Source: a virus. Taken from it: a DNA stretch of 52,601 nt. Under the pieces are notes generated by a model that was not told the origin of the DNA, did not search any database, and worked only from the letters and a program-made list of their open reading frames with translations. The stretch is taken from positions 1 to 52,601 of IMG/VR virus record IMGVR_UViG_3300037440_000461. The stretch is one strand, 5' to 3'. Below, in pieces: positions 16,189 through 22,830 of the stretch. Position 1 is the first letter of the stretch; the number at the start of each line of letters is the position of its first letter. Both the position numbers and the translations under genes were made by a program.

Positions 16189-16570
16189 GGCGACCCCCGA
16201 TCGGCTTGTCCGGTCTCATCGCCTTGCGCGCCGCCGGCGTCCCCCCGAGGTCACGCAACACCCCCTGCAGCTGCGGACCCAACCACCCGACGGTCTTGGT
16301 CAGGTCGCACTGCGCCTCCAGCAGCCGCAGCCGCTTGAGCGCCGAGTCGTCGGCGGCCAGCTCCCGCCGCAGCTCCGCCAGCTCCGCGGCCCGGTCGACC
16401 GACTTCTCGATCTCCTCGGCCTGCCGCAGCGCCAGCGCCTTCATGGCCGCGTCGGTGGCCTTCAACCAGTCCATCGCCTCCACGGCGGTGCGGACCGCAT
16501 CGCGAAGGTCGGGGGCGGGCTCACGGGCTGGCTGGTCGGGAACCGCCTTCAGTTGACGCTTCGGTGGCAT
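16145..16570 (-). CDS. terS: Terminase small subunit (positional call)
   Basis: 141-aa helical protein starting at ATG 16570 (MPPKRQLKAVPDQ...), immediately upstream of and overlapping terL. Confidence 0.6.
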   Translation of the reverse strand: MPPKRQLKAVPDQPAREPAPDLRDAVRTAVEAMDWLKATDAAMKALALRQAEEIEKSVDRAAELAELRRELAADDSALKRLRLLEAQCDLTKTVGWLGPQLQGVLRDLGGTPAARKAMRPDKPIGGRLAELRAAAEGEDHT

Positions 16571-16708
16571 GTCGTCATCCTGACGTATCGCGCGGGGGGT
16601 GCGTCCACTACGGAGGGGACACGGGGGGTCACGGGGGGGGACAGGGCCGCCCGGGAGGCAGGGTCGCAAGACGTCTGACTCAAATAAACGAACGTCTATG
16701 TTCCGAGG
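16571..16708. other. Putative cos / packaging-recognition region
   Basis: 138-nt gene-free gap between HNH and terS. It has four runs of 6-8 G on the plus strand and the most AT-rich 20 nt of the late region (tgactcaaataaacgaacg), flanked by AGACGT/ACGTCT. The cohesive ends themselves cannot be read from the sequence. Confidence 0.3.
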
Positions 16709-17005
16709 TCAGAGCTGGTCGACCGGGACGTGCAGCCTGCACCTGTCCCCACACCAGCACCGTGCCCGCCGATGGCGCGCGTACCCACCGCGCACCGCAC
16801 CCGCGCCGCGGTTGCAGCTCGCATGCTCAGGCCCGGCGTACCGCGTCCGGTCGTCGTCGTCATGACCGAGGTCCCACGCCTGGCCCGGCCAGATCTCCGA
16901 GCCGCACCGCCAGCACGCAACCTGACCGGCCACGACCAGCGGCCGCCAGCGTTCACGCTCCAGCTGGTGCGGCCGGCCGTAGCCCCGGTCATGCGTCCTG
17001 GCCAC
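16709..17005 (-). CDS. HNH endonuclease (terminase-associated type)
   Basis: DRGYGRPHQLERERWRPLVVAGQVACWRCGSEIWPGQAWDLGHDDDDRTRYAGPEHASCNRGAGA matches the small phage HNH found next to terS/terL. I take GTG 17005 as the start. The upstream track extension is S/P/T-rich. Confidence 0.75.
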   Translation of the reverse strand: MARTHDRGYGRPHQLERERWRPLVVAGQVACWRCGSEIWPGQAWDLGHDDDDRTRYAGPEHASCNRGAGAVRGGYARHRRARCWCGDRCRLHVPVDQL

Positions 17006-17255
17006 CGGCGGGCTCCAGGCTGGGTGCCCTGCGCTTGAGGTGCGCGGTGCCGGTCGCCTTGAACTCGGCATCGGCCGAGTGGGCGATGGCGGTGATGAGC
17101 GCGAGGGACGGGTGGGTCTTGGAGTTGATAGCGACGGTGACCACGGGGCGCAGGTAGCGCCAGGGTAGTCCGTCGAGGAACTCGGCCCAGGTGCCGTGAG
17201 CGTGGCGGGAGAGCAGGTACTGCACGACCTCCGGTTGGGTAGGTACACCGCTCAT
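16989..17255 (-). CDS. Hypothetical protein (88 aa)
   Basis: ATG 17255 (MSGVPTQPEVVQYLLSRH...). It overlaps the HNH start by 17 nt. Confidence 0.5.
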   Translation of the reverse strand: MSGVPTQPEVVQYLLSRHAHGTWAEFLDGLPWRYLRPVVTVAINSKTHPSLALITAIAHSADAEFKATGTAHLKRRAPSLEPAGGQDA

Positions 17256-17301
17256 CGGGCACACCTCGTCCACTGGCGGTGTTGCGTTGCACGATAACAG
17301 A

Positions 17302-17709
17302 TCATGCCGCTGGCCTGCTCACACACGACCGGGAGTCGGACAGCTCGGCCTTGAGCGGCACCGTGACCGTGGTCCGGGCCGCCCCGCCTCCGGACGGGTC
17401 CAGGTACAGCTTCCCGTCCTTGCGCGCGAACTGCTCGATGGTCAGGCTGCCGTCGTGGATGGTGGCGGTGGCCTCGGTCGGTGTCTCGTCTGGCTCCACG
17501 CCGTTCGCCCTCAGCCACTCCATCAACTGCTCATGCTGCGGACTGCCGTGGGCCGCCTCGTAGACGTACCGGCCCTCGACGCGGTCGACGGTCAGCCTGA
17601 TGTCCAGGGGGTGGCTGGGTAGGCGCATGTGCGCGTGCTGGTAGCCCTCGCGCCGGTCCGGGCACCCAGGGTCGGTGCACCGCTCTCCACGCCGCTGCTC
17701 GATGGTCAT
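17302..17709 (-). CDS. Hypothetical protein (135 aa)
   Basis: ATG 17709 is ATGA-coupled to the upstream stop (MTIEQRRGERCTDPGCPDRREGYQHAHMRL...). Confidence 0.6.
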   Translation of the reverse strand: MTIEQRRGERCTDPGCPDRREGYQHAHMRLPSHPLDIRLTVDRVEGRYVYEAAHGSPQHEQLMEWLRANGVEPDETPTEATATIHDGSLTIEQFARKDGKLYLDPSGGGAARTTVTVPLKAELSDSRSCVSRPAA

Positions 17710-18599
17710 GTGCTGATCCTCTCTCTCATCGCAACCCGCAACTTGTGCACCTCGCCGAACCGGATCCGGCCGGCCAAGCTGAGCCGGCGCCGGCTGGCCC
17801 ACGAGCGGACCGTACCGGCCGGGGTGGACCAGCCGTGGAGGCTGAGCAGGTGGGCGCACTCCTCCGCGGTCAGCCGGATGTCCATCGCAGCCGCCAGGAT
17901 GGTCGCCGAGCGTTCGGTGGCGCTGTGGGATGCCCCGCAGGCGGGGCAGTGGACGTTGGCCGCTCTGGGTGACGCTAATAGCCGCTGGCGGCACGGTCCG
18001 GCCGCGGTGGGGGCCAGGCACGGGCCGGCGTCCAGCCAGCGCGGCGGTGGCCGGTCCACCGCCGGCTCGATCTGGCCACACGCGTAGGACAGCTCATCCC
18101 ACGCCTCAGCGGCGAACGGCTGGTAGCGCAGCCACTTGAGCTGACCGGCCAGCCACCGCATCAGGCCAGGGGTGTCCTCGGGCAGACTCCATGGCGCGGC
18201 CTGGATGCCGTGACGCTCCTCCAGCACCACCCGGCACCAGGTGACGACCGTGTTGCGCACCGCCTCCGCCACCTCAGCCGCAAGCCAACTGAACGGCAGC
18301 CCGGTCACGGTGCCCAGCTCGTAGTCGGGGCTACGGATACTACGGCATAACCCGTGCGTGCACTTCTGGCAGATCGGGCCGACCAGCACCCCGGAGTCGG
18401 GGCGGACCGGCTGCGCCGGCGCCCGACCGCGGGCGCGCGGGCCCGGCTCGGACATCCGCGCCAGCCGGGCAACGGCCACCTGGAGCTCCGGCCACAACTC
18501 GGCGGCGTCCTTGAGCTGCGCGGCCAGGTCACGCTCACACGCCGGGCAGACGTAGGCCACGTCCGGCACCGGCCGGGAGCACGCCTGGCAGTCGGCCAT
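17706..18599 (-). CDS. Cys-rich (zinc-ribbon) protein with possible C-terminal HTH
   Basis: MADCQACSRPVPDVAYVCPACERDL... plus later CxxC pairs. The C-terminus (LTAEECAHLLSLHGWSTPAGTVRSWASRRRL) is HTH-like. Confidence 0.6.
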   Translation of the reverse strand: MADCQACSRPVPDVAYVCPACERDLAAQLKDAAELWPELQVAVARLARMSEPGPRARGRAPAQPVRPDSGVLVGPICQKCTHGLCRSIRSPDYELGTVTGLPFSWLAAEVAEAVRNTVVTWCRVVLEERHGIQAAPWSLPEDTPGLMRWLAGQLKWLRYQPFAAEAWDELSYACGQIEPAVDRPPPRWLDAGPCLAPTAAGPCRQRLLASPRAANVHCPACGASHSATERSATILAAAMDIRLTAEECAHLLSLHGWSTPAGTVRSWASRRRLSLAGRIRFGEVHKLRVAMRERIST

Positions 18600-18808
18600 C
18601 AGCCACCGGCCAGCTTCAGCACCACCGAGAGCACCAGCAGAGCCGCCACGACGACCCACAGCCCCGTGATGATGAGCCAGATACGCCCCCGCCGGCGCCA
18701 GAAGACCTCCACCTCCCGCCAGAACCGGGCGTTGTCGACCCAGAAGTCGGGATGGCCCGGTGGTAGGGTGGTGGGCTTCGGAACCGGGTTGCGCAGCGGG
18801 TTACGCAT
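18599..18808 (-). CDS. Small membrane protein (69 aa)
   Basis: C-terminal TM helix IWLIITGLWVVVAALLVLSVVL. The stop overlaps the next start by 1 nt. Confidence 0.55.
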   Translation of the reverse strand: MRNPLRNPVPKPTTLPPGHPDFWVDNARFWREVEVFWRRRGRIWLIITGLWVVVAALLVLSVVLKLAGG

Positions 18809-19133
18809 GATCGTCCTCCGCCAGTATGATCTGGTCGTCGTCGGGCAGAAGTCTCCAGAGGCTCACGGCTTCGGGACATTTCATGAATCCGCCTATGTAG
18901 TGCGGGCTCTTATGGTCGCCGGTGCCGCACTGGTGCTGGTCGAGGTGGCGTTCGAACGCGTCGCGGCGGAGCGCCTCTATGATCCGCCCGGCGGTGGCCC
19001 AGAGCCGGCGGGTGGTAGCGGAGGTGTCCGGGTCGGGCAGCGGGTCGTCCGCCCCGGGGCGGTACAGGATCCCGTAGACCAGGTGCTGGGCGTCACGGTC
19101 AGCCGGCATCGTCGGCCCCCCCGTCTCAACCAT
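18801..19133 (-). CDS. Hypothetical protein (110 aa)
   Basis: ATG 19133 with a GGAAGGAG RBS. Confidence 0.55.
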   Translation of the reverse strand: MVETGGPTMPADRDAQHLVYGILYRPGADDPLPDPDTSATTRRLWATAGRIIEALRRDAFERHLDQHQCGTGDHKSPHYIGGFMKCPEAVSLWRLLPDDDQIILAEDDHA

Positions 19134-19182
19134 GGTCGGTCTCCTTCCTGCCAGCGAGCCGGTCGAGCGTGCGGTACATCGG

Positions 19183-19341
19183 CTAGAGTCCGCCCAGCAG
19201 CCACAGCACGGCCCGCTCCTTGGCGTGGTACCGGTCCCATAGCGCGTCGATCTCAGCCTGTGGGGCTTGTCGGTTGTAGGCCGCCTCGATCTGGTCCAGG
19301 ATCCGCTGGGCGGCGGTGGCGGCGGAAGGCTCAGCCGGCAT
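19183..19341 (-). CDS. Hypothetical protein (52 aa)
   Basis: ATG 19341 with a GGGAGG RBS (MPAEPSAATAAQRILDQIEAAY...). Confidence 0.45.
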   Translation of the reverse strand: MPAEPSAATAAQRILDQIEAAYNRQAPQAEIDALWDRYHAKERAVLWLLGGL

Positions 19342-19660
19342 CGGACACCTCCCGCTCCAGCCGGGCCACCTCGGCCGCCAGCCGCTCACGCTTGGCGCGC
19401 AGCTTCTCGGCACCGGTGTGGGCCAGCATCAGCAGCAGCGGCAGCGCCAGCGGCCAGGCGGCGACGCAGGCGATGCCGGTCCACAGGGCGCGACCGAAGG
19501 CGTCCGTCCACCCGTCCTCTGCCGTGTACCGCCTCCCGAAATCGTCCTTCCGGTCGACCAGCCCGCGGCGCGGCTGGTCGCCGAGGATCCGCACGAACGC
19601 GACCCGGCCGATGACGGCGCCGATCAGCAGCCATCCCCAGATGCTCAGCAGCGGGATCAT
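19331..19660 (-). CDS. Membrane protein (109 aa, 2 TM plus coiled-coil tail)
   Basis: MIPLLSIWGWLLIGAVIG... and ...GIACVAAWPLALPLLLML.... ATGA-coupled to the upstream stop. Confidence 0.6.
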   Translation of the reverse strand: MIPLLSIWGWLLIGAVIGRVAFVRILGDQPRRGLVDRKDDFGRRYTAEDGWTDAFGRALWTGIACVAAWPLALPLLLMLAHTGAEKLRAKRERLAAEVARLEREVSDAG

Positions 19661-20406
19661 GTCGGCTCCTCTCCGGCTGGGGCCGGCTTCGGGCTGCCGG
19701 GGACGGGGCGGACCCTGAGGAGGTCTTGGCAGTGTGCCTTCATTGCTTCCCTAGCGCGAGTCTGACTCTTTCCGTGCGGGGCGAGGACAAGTGGGCATCC
19801 ACAGGAGCATTGATATTCCTTGGCGGTGACGCGTACAAGGCGGTGACCCCTGACCCCACGGCCGACCAGGGGAAGCCCTCTGGCTACCGGTGCCACCCTG
19901 CCATGGGCCGACTGCTCGCCCGGGCGCGGAAAGTTCAGGGCAGCGTAGTCACCGAAGTAGCGGCGCGCTGCATCGTCGTAGGCGAGTGCTGCATCCTCCT
20001 CCGACACGAAGCGGCCAAGCTTTATCTGCTTCCCCTGCGGGTAAATCCTCGCTAGCCACCTAAGCCTCGACGTGTCCCAAACAACGCCCTTGTAGCGAGA
20101 TGTTCCCTTGGTTTTTTGGCGATTGGCTTGGTTCTGTGACTCAGTGGCAGGTCGCAAGTTGCAGCGCCGGTTGTCCAAGCCGTTGCCGTTGATGTGGTCA
20201 ACCCGTGGCCAACCGGTCAAGAAGGTGTGCACGAACTGGCCTCGCTCTCGCACGGAATCCCCATCAGGTTCTAGAAAGCGTCGTCGTGCGTAGTAGGTTT
20301 CCCGCTTCCCCGCAGGACGCCACCTGAACTGGGAGACAGCTTCCGCATCGGCATCATCGACTAGCAGAAACAGACCATGATGCAGTGGGATTCGTACGGC
20401 CGTCAC
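19657..20406 (-). CDS. HNH homing endonuclease with AP2 DNA-binding domain
   Basis: VDHINGNGLDNRRCNLRPATESQN (HNH_3 type) is followed by SRYKGVVWDTSRLRWLARIYPQGKQIKLGRFVSEEDAALAYDDAARRYFGDYAALNF (AP2). GTG 20406 is GTGA-coupled. The gene has visibly lower GC than its flanks. Confidence 0.8.
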   Translation of the reverse strand: MTAVRIPLHHGLFLLVDDADAEAVSQFRWRPAGKRETYYARRRFLEPDGDSVRERGQFVHTFLTGWPRVDHINGNGLDNRRCNLRPATESQNQANRQKTKGTSRYKGVVWDTSRLRWLARIYPQGKQIKLGRFVSEEDAALAYDDAARRYFGDYAALNFPRPGEQSAHGRVAPVARGLPLVGRGVRGHRLVRVTAKEYQCSCGCPLVLAPHGKSQTRAREAMKAHCQDLLRVRPVPGSPKPAPAGEEPT

Positions 20407-21536
20407 CTGACATCTCCAATGCTGCGGGTGCCGGCGCGGACCTCGGTGGCCCACTCGTGGAGCTGATCCCGGGTGGGCCACTCGTTGGTGCCGACTGCCG
20501 TACGGTGCCACTCTCCGGCGGCCCAGTCGAGCACGTCGGCGGCGGTGTGCCGGTCCCGGGCCTCCATGTCCCCGGCGGCACTCTCCCACAGCTCGGCGTC
20601 CCGGCGGGCGGTGGCCAGCTCGGCGCGGGCGGCGTCGCGCTCGACCAGCGCATCGTATAGCTGGGTGCTGCGGACATCCAGCGCCCCGACGAACATGTCC
20701 AGGTCGGCGAGCAGGGCCTCCACCTGATCGGGCATGTCGTCCACCGGACCACGACGCCGCGCCTCGGCGACCAGCTCGGTCAACCGCTCCCGGTCCCACC
20801 CGGGGCCGCCGGCCAACACCGGGTCGGCTGGTGGTGTGCCGGCCGTCGGCGGCGGTGCGGCCTCCACCCGCCACGGCGGCGGGGTGCCGACCACCAGCAC
20901 CGGCTCGCCCGTGGCCATGCGGTGGTCGTGCTCGGCCTCGGGGGTGTCCCCGAGCGCGTCCACGGACTCGGCCCAGTGCCAGGCGGCGGGATCGAGGGCC
21001 CGCATCGCGAGCACCAGATCAGCCTCCTCTGCGGTCTCCGTGGCCGAGATGGAGCCCAGCCACGCCCGCAACGCCTCCAGCACCTGGGCGGCGGCCGGGT
21101 CCACCAGCAGCACCTCCCGCACCGGGCCGTGGTCTCTCTTGAGCTCCGCCTCGGGCATGTATGACTCCACGCCGACGCCCTGCCACAGCCCGTTGCCGCG
21201 GTCCTGCCATACGTCGCCGTCCACGTCGAGCAACGCCTGCCCCAGGATCGGCCCCGTGCCGTCCGGGGCGGGCTCGAGCGCGACCCGTGCCCCCTGCCGC
21301 TCCAGCAGCTCCCGCTCCCAGTCGGGCAGCTCGGTGAGCATGCCGGTCGTCGGCATGGTCGGCTGGGTGGTGGGTTCAGCGGCCGGTTGCCGTGCGGTGG
21401 GCGTCGGGCACTCCGGGCACGGCACGGTGTGGAACTCGCGGACGCAGACGGGCTGTCCGTGCGCGCCGGGCAGCCAGCAGGGCGCGGGTGGGACTACCGG
21501 CTTGCTCGGCGGCGGTGGTGGCTGGTGGGTGGTCAT
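20403..21536 (-). CDS. Hypothetical acidic protein (377 aa) with Pro-rich N-terminus
   Basis: ATG 21536 (MTTHQPPPPPSKP...) behind GAGGAGACCC. The track extension upstream is R-rich. Confidence 0.65.
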   Translation of the reverse strand: MTTHQPPPPPSKPVVPPAPCWLPGAHGQPVCVREFHTVPCPECPTPTARQPAAEPTTQPTMPTTGMLTELPDWERELLERQGARVALEPAPDGTGPILGQALLDVDGDVWQDRGNGLWQGVGVESYMPEAELKRDHGPVREVLLVDPAAAQVLEALRAWLGSISATETAEEADLVLAMRALDPAAWHWAESVDALGDTPEAEHDHRMATGEPVLVVGTPPPWRVEAAPPPTAGTPPADPVLAGGPGWDRERLTELVAEARRRGPVDDMPDQVEALLADLDMFVGALDVRSTQLYDALVERDAARAELATARRDAELWESAAGDMEARDRHTAADVLDWAAGEWHRTAVGTNEWPTRDQLHEWATEVRAGTRSIGDVR

Positions 21537-21760
21537 CGGGTCTCCTCGGGGTGGGTCCTGGAGCTGGCCGACCACGCTCGGGGTGGGTCCCAGAGTTGGC
21601 GGATCACGGCGCAGATGTCGGCCGCGGACGGGATGTGAGCGCCGGCGTCCCACTGGACCTCGATCGACTCGGGGCCGGGGCCGAGTTGCCGGTACTCGAC
21701 CCGGACGTTGATGGATGGGGGCAGCTTCGGCGGCTGGTCGAATGGCTGGTCGGTGGTCAT
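21533..21760 (-). CDS. Hypothetical protein (75 aa)
   Basis: ATG 21760 (MTTDQPFDQPPKLPP...) behind GAGGAGACCC. ATGA-coupled downstream. Confidence 0.55.
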   Translation of the reverse strand: MTTDQPFDQPPKLPPSINVRVEYRQLGPGPESIEVQWDAGAHIPSAADICAVIRQLWDPPRAWSASSRTHPEETR

Positions 21761-21984
21761 GGGGTCTCCTCGGTGGTCGGTAGCTGCTCGCACGCCACGC
21801 CGTCCCCGTCCACGTCGAGCCCGTGCGGGTCGTCGCGGTCGCGGTCGAGCTGACGCTGCGCCTCGGGCTGGGTGGTGAAGTCGGTGCAGTTCCGGTCGTC
21901 TCCGGCGGGGCAGCCGGACAGGGTGAGCACCAGGGCGAGGCCGCCGACCACCTGCGAGGTGGTCCTCATCGGCGGCCGGGTCAT
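21757..21984 (-). CDS. Secreted lipoprotein with Excalibur calcium-binding domain
   Basis: Signal peptide plus lipobox (VVGGLALVLTLSGC), then NCTDFTTQPEAQRQLDRDRDDPHGLDVDGDGVACEQL, which matches the Excalibur motif. Confidence 0.7.
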   Translation of the reverse strand: MTRPPMRTTSQVVGGLALVLTLSGCPAGDDRNCTDFTTQPEAQRQLDRDRDDPHGLDVDGDGVACEQLPTTEETP

Positions 21985-22364
21985 GGCTGGCTCCCGGCGC
22001 GGATCCAGTCGGCGATCGGCCCGGCCAGCTCGATCAGGTGCGCGGCCATGCCGGCGGCGGTGCCGGAGCAGTCGCCGATCAGCTGGCTGGCGACGATGAC
22101 GGCGTCAGCGCGGATCTGCTGTGCGCGGGTCATGTCGGTGGCCTCGTCCGGGTCGAACGGGCGCAGTGGTAGGCCGGCGGGCGGCGGCTGGTGGGTGGTC
22201 ATCGGGGTCTCCTTGGTGGTGGTGGCTCCGCAGCGGCAGTGGTGGCGGTGGTGCTGGGGCAGGCCCGGGTTGTGCTGGTGGCCGGCGACCCGGCCACAGA
22301 GGTGGCCGCCGCGGCCGTTGCAGAGGGTGACCGTCCAATAGTGGCCACATGGCGCGGTGGTCAT
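21981..22364 (-). CDS. Hypothetical protein (127 aa); His/Cys-rich N-part fused in frame to a module with its own RBS+ATG at 22202
   Basis: ATG 22364 is ATGA-coupled upstream. The internal AAGGAGACCCCG-ATG-ACCACCCACCAGCC at 22202 copies the initiation region of gene 20403..21536. Confidence 0.55.
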   Translation of the reverse strand: MTTAPCGHYWTVTLCNGRGGHLCGRVAGHQHNPGLPQHHRHHCRCGATTTKETPMTTHQPPPAGLPLRPFDPDEATDMTRAQQIRADAVIVASQLIGDCSGTAAGMAAHLIELAGPIADWIRAGSQP

Positions 22365-22825
22365 AGTGGGTCCTTTCTGGCGAGCTGAACAATCTGGCAC
22401 GAGCTGGTGTGACGGGGTGTGCCATCTGGGTGGTTGGTCATTCCGCATGTCCGGCAGTAGTCGATGACATCAAGTTTGCGGGTGTGGCGGGCGGCGAGTC
22501 CGGCGGTGCGGGCGGTGGCGAAAGTGGCCCGGTCGACTTTGCGCTGCCACCGGGCACGCTCGACGGGGCAGCGATGCTGTCGGTGGGTGGTGCCGTGGAG
22601 GTGGGGGTCCCGGATCCGGTGCCGGTCGCGTGCGACCAGCTCCCCGGCCATGATCAGGGTGTAGGTGGTGCGGCCCTCGGCGAGCGCGGCCAGCTCCTCC
22701 GGCGGATTGATAGGTGTGATGTCGACGCGCACGCGTAGCCCTTCGGAGTGTGCGATGAGCGTCGATGTTTTGCAGACCGGGCAGGTGTCGGCCTTGGCGC
22801 GGGTGGAGATCAGGTGCTGGCTCAT
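22361..22825 (-). CDS. Hypothetical zinc-ribbon protein (154 aa)
   Basis: ATG 22825. It has CPVCKT near the N-terminus and a CRTC...C cluster near the C-terminus. Confidence 0.55.
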   Translation of the reverse strand: MSQHLISTRAKADTCPVCKTSTLIAHSEGLRVRVDITPINPPEELAALAEGRTTYTLIMAGELVARDRHRIRDPHLHGTTHRQHRCPVERARWQRKVDRATFATARTAGLAARHTRKLDVIDYCRTCGMTNHPDGTPRHTSSCQIVQLARKDPL

Positions 22826-22830
22826 GGTGG

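Noticed and set aside
16709-17273. Single longer HNH gene produced by a frameshift between 16989..17273 and 16709..17005.
   Set aside because: The HNH part alone (98 aa) has the normal size and full motif set of terminase-associated HNH proteins. There is no slippery sequence in the 17-nt overlap.
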